Positions 41,783 through 54,849 of a stretch of 64,000 bases of DNA are shown here, piece by piece. Source of the DNA: the human T2T-CHM13v2.0 reference genome, Homo sapiens; assembly GCF_009914755.1 (NCBI RefSeq), contig NC_060930.1, one strand, 5' to 3'. The position numbers and the translations under genes were made by a program. Positions within the stretch are counted from its first letter, which is position 1. Each line of letters opens with the position of its first letter. The notes under the pieces were generated by a model. It was not told the DNA's origin. It was given only the letters and a program-made list of their open reading frames with translations, and made no database searches.

Positions 41783-41822
41783 ATGCCTCGAACTAAACAA
41801 ATTCATCCCAGAAATCTAAGAG
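41783..41822 (+). CDS. HIVEP1: HIVEP1 first coding segment (codons 1-13 plus 1 nt), zinc finger protein 40
   Basis: ATGCCTCGAACTAAACAAATTCATCCCAGAAATCTAAGAG = MPRTKQIHPRNLR+G, the N-terminus I recognise for human HIVEP1; A at -3 (AAGATG); phase-1 donor GAG|GTAAAG at 41822/41823. The next canonical coding exon is not in the window. Confidence 0.96.
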
Positions 41823-43377
41823 GTAAAGCATTGCATTAAGTAGAAGTAAGGCTTGCTGTAAATCTTTTAACAAAGTATCTCTTTGGTGACAGGAATGGCC
41901 GTTTGTTAGATGTTGACCCTGCCTGGTGAGGAGCGCTATTTCTCTTGCTCATTTCCAGCAGTCCTGCACAATTCCTGTCTCTCAGGAGATACTTAATAAA
42001 TATCTGTTGAATGAATGAATTGAATTTGACGAAATTACAGTGCATTCCTTCCAAACCATTAGATGGGGTATTAAAGGCTGAAAGTTGCTATTTGTTAATA
42101 GGAACCATATTTGGGTCAAGGAATCTGAAAGTAATGGTTAAATATTCTTTGCCAACTGGATCATTAAGAATTTTATGTTTTTTTTTCACTCTTCCTCCAT
42201 AGTTCTTTTGAGGTTTATTTTTGTACCACTCCATCAGTTAGATTAACAAGATAAGAAGTGAAGAGAATTGTAGGCATTCACTCAGACCATTACTTGCAGA
42301 AGTCAGAGGCAAACTGAGTTATTTTCCACGAAGAAGCAGTGGGTCACAAATATATATATGATACACATTTCATGCAAAGACAGAAAAGTGTGTGTTTTCC
42401 ATCAACCGCGAATACTTTTAATAGTAGAAAAGTAAGTGTATTCTAGCTTATTGTTTAAAAAGATTTGTATTGTTCTCGTGTTATATCAATGGTGAATAGC
42501 AATTATCTTTTATATTAAACTTCAGGAGATAAGAATGTAGTAGTGCTAAAAACAAGAACTATTAAAGCAAATAATTCCAAACTGACTATGGTGTTTTATG
42601 AAATATTTACCATTACAGAAAAAAAATTCTGAAGCGTATGTAGGGGAGAAGTGACTTAAAAATCAAATAAATTAATTTGAAATGTTTTTTGGTAAAATCA
42701 ATTTGGCTAGTCACCATAAGGTGATCTTTGAAAATGCAGTCAATTTTATGGCCTCCGTGAATCTGGAAATAGTGCTTGTTTCCTGTCTAGAAATCTCTGT
42801 TGCCTCAGGTGGATGCCTCAGCCTAAGTTCAAATTGATGATTGTAGTAACCAGTGTTCAATGAGGTGGAGATTTACATGAGAACAAGTGTGGTGTGTGGA
42901 AATCTGATTTTTTATAGTCATATAGAAAACGTTGAAAATTGAATGTGTTTGCCCGTCCCCCTCACTAGAATCTGAACTCCCTAGAGACTCACTCTCATTT
43001 GTTACTGTAGGAAAAGCCTCCAGACCCAAGGGTACCAGCTGAGGTGGGCATTTGGAGACATGGGCCCTGCTTTATCTGTCCAGGGAGGGCACCCTGTTCT
43101 AGTTTGCACAAGTGCAGCATACAGATGAGCAGCAGCCCTAGCCCAGCACAGTTCCTGGCAGCTAATGGCAGCCCAAATATTTGTTGAAGGAACGAGTGCA
43201 TGATTGATCTGAAGGTGTTATTTATTAGGCCATAAGTATTAAACATTTTTCATATTTAAAATATATGTTCATAACATTCTAGATAAAATGACTATCCTGA
43301 GAAACACAGATTTACAGGCCATAGGCTCTTTTCCTTTCTGTATCAAATAAATGTTCAACTCAGCACATGTTTGTTAC

Positions 43378-44595
43378 TGTGTCTGGAATTGGTGGGTTCT
43401 TGGTCTCACTGACTTCAAGAATGAAGCCACAGGCCCTCGCCGTGAGTGTTATAGCTCTTAAAGGTAGCGTGTCCACAGGTTGTTCCTTCTGATGTTCAGA
43501 TGTGTTTGGAGTTTCTTTCTTCTGGTAGGTTCGTGGTCTCGCTGGTTCAGGAGTGAAGCTGCACACCTTTGCGGTGAGTTTTATAGCTCATAAAGGCAGT
43601 ACAGACTCAAAGAGCAAGCAGTAGCAAGATTTATTGCAAAGAGCACAACAACAAAGCTTCCACAGTCTGCAAGGGGACCCAAGCAGTTGCAACTGCTGCC
43701 TCCGGCAGCCTGCTTTTATTCTCCCGTCTGGCCCCACCCACATCCTGCTGATTGGTCCGTTTTACAGAGAGCCGATTGGTCTGTTTTACAGAGAGCTGAT
43801 TGGTCCATTTTGACAGGGTGCTGATTGGTGTGTTTACAATCCCTGAGCTAGACACAAAAGTTCTCCAGGTCCCCACTAGATTAGCTAGATACAGAGTGCT
43901 GATTGGTGTATTTAAAAACCTTGAGCTAGATAAAGAGTGCTGATTGGTGTATTCACAATCCCTTAGCTAGACATAAAGTTTCTCCAGGTCCCCACTAGAC
44001 TCAGGAGCCCAGCTGGCTTCACCCAGTGGATCCCGCACTGGGGCCACAGGTGGAGCTGCCTGCGCCTTGTGCCTGCACTACTCAGCCCTTGGGTGGTCGA
44101 TGGGACTGGGCGCCTAGGAACAGGGGGCAGCGCTCATCGGGGAGGCTGGGGCCGTGCAGGAGCCCATGGCGTGGGGGGTGCTTAGGCATGGCGGGCTGCA
44201 GGTCCTGAGCCCTGCCCCACGGGGAAGCAGCTAAAGCCCGGCGAGAAATCGAGCGCAGCACCAGTGGGCCGGCACTGCTGGGGGACCTGGCGCACCCTTC
44301 GCGGCTGCTGGCTTGGGTGCTAAGCCCCTCACTGCCCGGGGCCTGCCAAGCCCACGCCAACTGGGAACTCTAGCTGGCCTACAAGCGCCACGCGCGGCCC
44401 CCGTTCCTGCCCGCGCTTCTTCCTCCACACCTCCCTGCAAGCTGAGGGAGCCGGCTCTGGCCTGGGCCATCCCAGGAAGGGGATCCCACAGTGCAGCGGC
44501 GGGCTGAAGGGCTCCTCAAGCGCGGCCAGAGTGGGCACCAAGGCGGAGGAGGCGCCGAGAGCGAGTGAGGGCTGACAGCACGGTGTCACCTCTCA
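43378..44595 (-). mobile_element. Solo LTR12C (ERV9 LTR), antisense in HIVEP1 intron 2
   Basis: - strand starts TGAGAGGTGACA and ends CCAATTCCAGACACA; six tandem GATTGG (CCAAT) units at 43750-43950; GC-rich U3; 4-bp TSD TTAC at 43374-43377 and 44596-44599. Confidence 0.93.
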
Positions 44596-46401
44596 TTACT
44601 ACCTTCATGTACTTCATGTTCTTATGATAGGGATAAAATGATAAAACACAGGTCTCGAAAGAAGAATGGAGTTGAAGAGCTGATAGGTAAACATGTAACT
44701 ATGTACTATGGTGAGAAATGAATAGTATGGAGATTCCACAGAGATAGGGAGTCATTATTTTGTCCCCATTGTAGGGGGCGCAGTTTGGGGTGAAGCAGAA
44801 TGATGATTTAGGGAAGGAAAGTTAACACCTGGATTTGGTTCTTAAGGCTGGGAAGTTATCTGCGAAGCTGACAAGGCAAAGTGAGTGCATTTCATCCTGG
44901 GGTAGCAGGTTGTGAAATAACTTGGGGACTCTGAGCAACTTTAAATGGTTCTCTACTTCTAGAGCATAAGAAGTTCTCTTCAGGAGGGATGAGAAGGAGA
45001 CAGAGAGGCAGGATACTGGAGCAGGAGAATCAGGAGGAATCAGATCAGGAAAGGCCCTCAGATTTAAGCCTACATTTCATATGTAGAGTTAAAAGTTTTA
45101 ATAAGAAAACTTGCTTCTTTAAGATATTTTTAAAGTTTTCAAAGAGAACTTGGAATAAATTGTGTCTGACTTGTCTGTGAGCGTTTAGGAAGTTGTTTGA
45201 CTAAGGTAGTTAAGAACTCACAGCCACTAAAGAAAAGATTGGAATAGATTAGCTCTAGTAAGCACACTAAAGCCACCTCAGTGGGACTTCTGATGGGGAA
45301 GGGGAAGACTTCAGGGAAGCGGCGGCTTCTGAGCCAGTGTAGCTCACTCAGCAGCGGGGGACGGGAGTGAAGCTCTAGGTCCCCATGGGAAACCCTGAGT
45401 AAGCAAAGGGACAGAGGGGTTGGTGCTCGGCGGTGACACCTAGAAACTTCCGCGCTCCTCACAATGTCTGTAAGGACTCGAGCCCTGGGAAGGATGTGGG
45501 GGTTAGAGTAAGCAGGTAACCATCAGCTCCTGAGATTAATTTTTGAGCGTATCTTTAATATCTCATTGTGACAGTTTGGAATATCAGGTTTGTTGTGCCC
45601 TACCTGTGATCCACTGCTTTGCTTTACTAGAAGACATCTCTAATGCGATGAGATAAGAAATGCGGGGAGAGGAAATTGGGAGACCAGAAGAGGAGTCACA
45701 GCCCAGTTTGCCCCTACTGTTTCTGCCGTCAGCTCAGGAGCTTTCAGGAAACCCATCGCCTCTTTTTAGGCTTCCTGGGGGAAATAGTCTGAAATGTTTG
45801 TCTTGTGCTTGGTAATCAAGTCAGTATTAAAAGGCAGATACCTGATACTTTCTCAAATTATATTTTTCTTATGCTTCCATGGTAGTTTCACCTCTTAGAA
45901 TGTAATCTTTCTTTGATTTATTCTTGGTTCTCCTGCTGGGACAGATATATCCCTACGGATGTGCAAAGCCACAGGGTAACATGTATCTTTCAGGAATGTG
46001 AATTTTACTTGGGGAAAAATACGTATACTTGTCTGTGTGTGCACACGTATACACATATTAAAGTATTAGGCAAGCATAAAAATGTGCAATACCGGAATCT
46101 ATCATGGAAGAGTATAGAAAGTTTGCATGGATTTGAAAATTAAGCCTGCATAGACTGCTTTTATAAGGAGATGGAGTATCTACTTCTTTGCTCTTAGAGG
46201 TTGTTTACTAGAAAAGGTATAAGAAGAATTGTTAGGTTAAGGGCAGGAAACAAATTGGGGACATAAGTGAGACAGTGTCCGACTTGATGGGTGATCTGTA
46301 TACTGTGTAGGACTGTGGTTTTGTTGAATTCAGTCTCTTCACCCTTGGCCCAGCGTTAAACCAGATAGAATCAGTTCTCCATGCCTGTTTCCCATCTGCA
46401 G

Positions 46402-46572
46402 GAAACGTGGTGGGTGCCGTTTTGACACCGACCTATCCTTTGTGAGGTTGAAGAATTTTGGAAGAGCATGAGAGCAGCACTTGGTGTTCAGAAGAAAGGC
46501 TTAGCATGTTGTCCTGGGTTCCGTGGAGAAGGGTCACTGGACTGCACGGGGTGGCTCTTCCGCATGGTCTTG
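46402..46572 (+). other. HIVEP1: Candidate alternative HIVEP1 exon (171 nt) with in-frame ATG at 46506
   Basis: Acceptor ctgtttcccatctgcag|G and strong donor TTG|GTGAGT; 46506-46572 encodes MLSWVPWRRVTGLHGVALPHGL+G, the same phase 1 as exon 2. Confidence 0.6.
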
Positions 46573-46967
46573 GTGAGTTGACAGCAGGGCAGCGCTGTGT
46601 CTCCCAGCCATCATTCCTTACTCATCGCTGCTCTGTGGAGGGGTTATCTCCACCACCTTCTCAGGCCTTCGCTTGGACCCTTGAGTAACATGGAATGGAG
46701 GAGTTGGTGACTTGCAGGGGGTTCCATGCCTCTTCCGTTGTGATAAAGGGCTCTATTCGTGTTTTGCCACTCATTCTTGTGAATGTGTTTCAAAGCTTTG
46801 AAAAAAAGGAAAAGAGGTGTTACTTACTTTAGTTGTATTTGGGCCTAGGGTTTCAGAGCTTCATTTCCTTTAAGATTGGAAGTCAGTGTGGAAAATACTA
46901 AGTATTAACCTTTTGCAAAACATGTTTTGAAAATTTGGTGTAGCTGTTTTTCATTTTTATTGGTTGA

Positions 46968-47339
<372 letters not shown>

Positions 47340-47824
47340 CAGACTCCTTAAAATGTGAGAAGTAGCACTGAGGAATGTGATCAGATCATGGCCTTGATTG
47401 ACACATGGGGTCGCTTTCCACGGTTGGCCTTCTTGTTCTCCACGGCATCTTGTGCATAGCCATTTGCCATTTCAGGAGCTCAGCATGCACATCCGGTATT
47501 TCTGTGCTTGGTTGTCTTTCTGGAAGTTACTTCTTCTCCTTTTCCATTTCTACTGTTTTCTTACTCTGTATGGGAGATGTCTCTGCTAAAGATTTCACCT
47601 CTGAGTTTTTTCCCCCATTTTCTGTTCTCTTGTCAGATATCCTCCTCCCCTCCACAGACATGCCCTGGGTCTCCTTTGCTTGTGTCCACATGTGCCTTCT
47701 TGTACTTACAATATTACATCATGATCATTCTTCTCCAGGTCTCTTATCTTAGCGGGATTATAATATGTTAGAAGAGACCATTTTGGTCATCTGTGTGCAA
47801 CAGAAGAATATTTGGTTGTGTTAA

Positions 47825-48143
<319 letters not shown>

Positions 48144-48274
48144 TAGAGGGTTGAGATGATTTATACTCAGGGAATTTGTTTACATTTTTGAACCTCGAGT
48201 AGGAAATGCTTCTTCCAATATTTGGTAGCTTCTGATTAAAAACTTGTGATAATTTTAATTGCCTGAACAGATAA

Positions 48275-48623
<349 letters not shown>

Positions 48624-51029
48624 CATATACAGGATTTTTATAGCTTATCCATTTGGTACATTTAATTACTATAAAGACAAAGAGTTTGGCCTCATGCAGT
48701 CACTGACTTGCTATGTGGTTGGTTTCCTTGTGTGTAAAATGGAGATGATGTGTGAAGATGAGATGATATGGCAAATGTAAGCATTTGCCACAGTGCCTGA
48801 CACAGGGTACACGCTCAATCCAGAGAGCTACTACTTTCTGTAAAAAACTGGTTTATGTCAGACTCCTTGGTTCCATATGCTTTATAAACACAGGAAACAG
48901 GAATATCTACATAAAATCTGTAAATGCATTTTAGGCTTCTCATGTGCTCAATGTTGATTACTGACATGTCCCATTCTTGTTCTGACTATTCAAAGGTTGG
49001 GATCTGGGGGAGAGAGGTCAGTGCAGAAAATAATTTGGGAATATTCTTACCAATGTGCTGCTCCCTCCATTTTTCCACTTAAATTCATTTAAGCCTTGCC
49101 TCGTTTTTTGACAGTGTTAGATGAGGTTAAACAGAATATTTGTCTTCACTTAGTTCTCAAGAAACAGATTCTGAGGGCTTCTGTTTTATTGTTGAACTCT
49201 TTTAAAAAATGTCGGTGTCACAGATCACGCGGGATTGAAGTGAAGTGCTCTCCTTAGGTTCCAAGATGGCAGCCATCTCTCTGTCCCCTCCTCCGCTTCT
49301 GTGTGACACAAGAGAAGCCCAGCCGGGGTTTCAGAATTAATCTGATTAAGATGAATGTTTTCATTTGCTATCAATTGTGGGCCTACTCCAGTGGTTATTT
49401 TACAAAGTCTACTACCAGGAATAAAATCTTACGTTTACTTGTTATGTAGGGATTATCTTGTTGAGCTGATAAGTGGAGTAGGTTTAATTTTGATGATTTT
49501 CAGATGGAATTCCAGCTGTTTAAGCATCGTTTTTCACATTTGAATGTTAGGTCAGCAGTTCCATGCTGACAGCCTTAAGATTTGAGAAATCAAAAATCTT
49601 GTAGTGGAAACAACCCCATGGCTTATTTCAAAAACAAAAACAAAAGAAATTCTCTATATTGTAGCTAGAAAGGAAATAAGTAATAATTTAAAAAATAGTT
49701 TTTGTTAATATGGGTGAAAAAGTTACTAGGAGCGATCATGTAGATAGCTGACAGTGCTTAGTTTGAGGAGGATAAAAATATGAAAATGGAGTTAACATAG
49801 CAAGCCTCCTTTTTTTTTGCAGATAATTATTTTTCGGCTCATGTTGAGAGCTTATTTGATGCTTTCTGAATGCTTATTAACGTTAGCCAAATGCTTCTTT
49901 TTAAAAGCAAATACAAAATGTAGTAATATGATTAACCAGAGTAATGATTTTATTTTAGAACATTTTTGTACAAAATATGTTCTGATGAGGTACAATCTTA
50001 TCTTACCATAGAACGGAAAAATACATAATTTGTGTAAAATCTCCTATCATAGAAAAACATTTTTAAGCTTCACATTTAAAATGGTGATAATTTGAGCAAG
50101 TCTGGGCTAAAGTTGATTCTTGTATTATGCAGAAAAATATTTTATGAATAAATTAAGTGCTTTACTTTTTCATGTACATATTTAACTCTTTAAAAACATT
50201 TTTGCAGTACTCTTCTGCATATTAATACTATGCTCATTACAGGTGATGCTGTTATACTGTTAACCATTGTTCACTATAGCACAAAAACTTATAACCAAAG
50301 AGAGACCTTTCTTCTCAGTGCTCAAGTCATTCTTTGAGAAAGAAGCTCTTTTTGATCATGAGGCTTTAGGCTTACATTTGGTATACAGTTGCATTGATTT
50401 TGATTTTTTTTTTTTTTTTTTTACAATTTTAATGAGAAGTTGTCAAAAGGTTTTTAGAAATTTTCTATGATGAATTTTGTTCTAGAAAATATTCTAAGGC
50501 TGTGCTGTGATGCAAACATATTGAAAAAATAGAAAGTGATAACAAAACGGTTGGCTGCTGTGTAATGAGATAGCAGTCCCTAAGCATGAATTGGAACCAT
50601 ACGATTTAAGAGTTACACCTACTTAATACAAAGCTTGATTTTTATGGTCCTTATGTGTTTCTGTCCACAGAATTTCTGTGTGCCTGTGTGACTAGAGTAT
50701 GAATTTAACCAAGCATACTTGTTATTTTGTACTTTGAAGTGTGCTTACATAGGTTTATCTTCAAATTCTTTCAGATTTGCCAGTGAAGAAAAAGATAGGG
50801 TGAGCATACAACTGCTTAATATAGTATCCAGATGGAAATAGGTTAAATATACAATTAGGGTGGTATTTGATAGTTTAAAGATAAAGAGAAAAATAAACTG
50901 GGCTGATACACAGGGACTTGGAAGGTGGTTGGTTAAGCCACGCCAGGAGTGAACCAAGGCTCTCCCTTGTGTTGCTGGGTTCTTGTGCGCCTCTCTGAGA
51001 GAATTACACATTTTACAGCAGGAAGGATG

Positions 51030-51330
51030 GACCTTGGAGGTCATTTAGTTCAGCCTCCTCATTCTGCAGATGGGAAGGCCCAGTGGCAAGAGGGAGGTGG
51101 TTTTATATAGGTCTTACGATGATAAAAAGGGCGAACCTTTCCACAGGTCTCTACTAGGCTCTGTTCAGAGGGCTTTTCATGTTTTCTCATTTGATTCCTA
51201 CAGCTACCTGAGACAGGTACTTTTATGATTCCCATTTTATAGATGTGGAAATGAGGCACAGAAAGATTGCTATTTGCCCAGGGTCACATAGCTAGGAGTC
51301 TGCAGTGCTTTTGCTTCTAACCATCATGCT
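51030..51330 (-). mobile_element. MIR fragments
   Basis: cccattttatagatgtggaaatgaggcacaga...gcccagggtcacatagcta. Confidence 0.7.
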
Positions 51331-51802
51331 TACACTTGCTGATGTTGATAGTAGAAAGTTCTTTCCTGATTAGTAAGAGTTTAGAAATGCTCTCCATCCC
51401 AGTTAACTTGCTAAGCATAGCACACAGAGCTGAGGTTATTCAGGAGGTCAGAATTTGAAGGATTTTTTTTTTCTTAAGCCTTTAATTGTTTAGAATCTAT
51501 TTCAAGTTGTATATGTATATATTATTCCAAGTTAGATTTGCTATCACAAACAGTCTAGGGAATTTCCAAGCTCTTTAAGAGGGAAAGAATAGTTGTCTCA
51601 TCCAAGACGTTTGCTTACATGATTTGCTTAATTTTATAGTTGGAAGTAGAGATGTTTTACTTAAAATGGAGAATGGCAGTGTTTAAGTGGGAATCTCCGC
51701 CTAACAGTTGAAATTTCGGACCTGAAGGCTTAGAAAATATTTTTGGGGAAACTAACGTGAAAACATTAAAATTCTAAGCAAAATAAAGTAGATAACATTC
51801 TA

Positions 51803-52209
<407 letters not shown>

Positions 52210-53110
52210 AACAATTTTTAAGGGATCATAGAGAATTCTGTTTGTCTTCCGGGAGCAGTGAAAATGCTAGTAGGCTATGCCTAGACAAAAAATCTTGTAC
52301 CTGCCCTCTTAGAGTTTTTAATACATTGTGTCTCCAAACACAGGAAAATAAAAGATCTAAGAGCAACATAAAGGAACAAATATAATTTCAGGCTAGTATG
52401 TGCAGTATGGAATTCCCCAAGGGAAAGTGGAGCAAAAAATAATTGGAGTGGAGTAAAGCAATGAGGAAATACCTCGCGGAGGAGTCAACTTTCTTCTTAA
52501 CTAAAACCTGAATGAGGAGGAGTTTTGAGACGGGTTTTTAAAGACAGGAAGGATATATTGGCAGAGAAAGTAAGTTGTTTTTAGACTTTGGTAGAAGAAT
52601 GAATGGGGGAAAAATTACGCAGAAGTGATTGTTGGTTTAGATTGCTTGGTTAGAGTGGATTTCCCAGTGAACTTGAAACTCTAAGGAAGAAAAGAGGAAA
52701 GGAAACTTATTAGATTTAATGTGTTTGGTTTCTGTTTATGGTAATTATAAAATTACCAGGTCAAGGTCTTTTATACTGCCAGGTGGGTCATAAGGTCATA
52801 AGTATTTAAAGAAGATCGTTCGGTGGCTAGGCAGTATCTTTTATGTTAACATTAAAAAACAACCTTCACCCAAGGTCAGTATGATTTGTTGACACCCAGG
52901 AAACTGGTAACAGTTTAAAAGAATGAGGCAGCCATTTTTTATTGTTTTTCCTATTTCAGAAGATCATCATGTGTATGAATAAACCAGCAAAAGAGTAATA
53001 TGGCTTTGAGCAAATATCTTTAGTTTCTTCTTAGAGAACAAGGTGGTTAGGGGTTGGTAGGGGTGATGTTGATCTGCAATTTACTTTTTAGTTGTAAATG
53101 GCTGTTATTC

Positions 53111-53313
53111 TAGGGATCAGTAAATCCTGACTAAATCCAATCCTCCACCTGTTTTTGTAAATAAAGTTTTATAGAAACATAGCCATGCCCATTTATTTAC
53201 ATACTGACCATGGCTTCTTTCATGCAACAGTGGCAGAGTTGAGTGGCTGTTTGTGGTCACGAAGCCTAAAATATTTACTATTTAATGCTTTACAGAAAAG
53301 TTTGCCAAATCCT
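53111..53313. mobile_element. MER58A-like hAT-Charlie MITE
   Basis: cctgtttttgtaaataaagtttta...gcctaaaatatttactat...ctttacagaaaagtttgcc. Confidence 0.75.
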
Positions 53314-54849
53314 GCCTGGGAAATAGAGAGTTAACACATTTATTTGTAAACCCTTTTCTGTTTGGGAATAAATGAGAATGCTTTATCTTTCTGTGGAGGA
53401 TTGCTGTAGGAATGAATTATTATTAGGGGAACCTAGGTACTGCTTTAGTTAGTATGTGAGGGTCCGCTGCCTGCCAAGCATAAGGGAATTCACATTTGGT
53501 TGGGAAGAAGTCCACTTACTTGTGGTTTTAAAATGAAGGGAAAGCCTTAGAGGTCAAGTTAGTCTTGCCAGAAATATTTAGTTCTTGATTTTCTGATACC
53601 AAGGTCATGGGTCTCAACCCAAAAGGATTAGATTGTTAGGGAGCCACCTGTTGAGTCAGGTAGCGTACTCTCCTTTTTTAAATTGTACTGTCTCCATCTA
53701 GTCACCTTTGTATTTAACTCAACTTGGTAGAAAACTACTGCAGGCAATCCATTTCCAATGCTGTACATGAAACGTCTTGTGAAGGACTGTTATTCAGCAA
53801 AATAGAGCTGTCTTTGAGAGGTGCGCCTTCTGACAAATGAGCCCTACAAGGAAGGTCTTCCCCTGTGAGTGGAGTGCCAGGTCTTGAGAATGGGACCAGG
53901 TCATCTGAGTGATTGATAATTGCTGCTAGCACATTAAGCATTATAATTTGTCCTTAGGTTGTGGGAAACATGTTTAAACATCCAATATGTTTGAATTCTC
54001 AGTAGTCCCTACAACACTTTCTGTAATATCCTAATAATTCTTTTTTTCTGGTGGTTTTGGGGTAGTGGGATGAGAGTAAGTAAATGATATTTTCGTGTTA
54101 TGGTTTTGTTTTAATTTATTTTGCTTAAGTTTAAATTTAAGGATAGGCTCAGTTGAGCTCATGATAACTGTTGAGTTGTTTGGGGAATACTTTGGAAAGC
54201 ATGTTAATTCTCCACAGATGAATTGGATCGTTAACCTCTTTATTTTGGTCCATGCTGGTGTTAGCACGTGGCTCAAAATAGTATGAGAATCGGTAACTGT
54301 TAACATGTTTCCTTTCCCAGCGACAGGAAGAGCCCATAGTGGTCATGAAGTATGGTGGAATCAGAGGGCCACTTTGGTGGCTGTCACTTATAAGCCCGTC
54401 TGGACTTCTGTGGCCCGGCTCTGAGGTGTTGGACATGTTGTGGAGTTCACCACCTCTGTCCCTGTCTTCCAGGAAATTTATAGTTGAAGACATAAAGGCC
54501 ATAATGGCTTCACGTGAAAGTCTAGACAGCTGTATGAATATTTGATGAGTGAGCATATAAGGAAATACTCAGTTAACATATGTAAGGAGATGTATGACTG
54601 CATAGCCAAGGGGTTAAATGCTTTATTTATCCTTCTGTATGTTGACAGTTTAGGTTGATCTATCATGTTTTGATGGAATTAATGCCATACGTGTGATGAG
54701 TTATATATTCAGCATTCATGTTAATATCTTCTTGGAAGAGCTAGGGTTTGCAATAAGTTGTATTTGATGGATATGCTCCTTCATGGAAAGATTACCTTTT
54801 TCAGTCTCCAGTTTACTGCCTTAGTTATACTACTGTATACTGTATTTGT

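Larger units (their letters stand above)
41680..41822 (+). other. HIVEP1: HIVEP1 exon 2 (103 nt 5'UTR + 40 nt CDS)
   Basis: Strong acceptor ttctccgtttttttctttttcag|C ending at 41679; donor GT at 41823-41824. Confidence 0.93.

Noticed and set aside
43360-44589. ORFs and ~40-70-nt spaced repeats that superficially resemble a CRISPR array
   Set aside because: They are the U3 tandem CCAAT repeats and GC-rich body of LTR12C; the DNA is human and has no cas genes.
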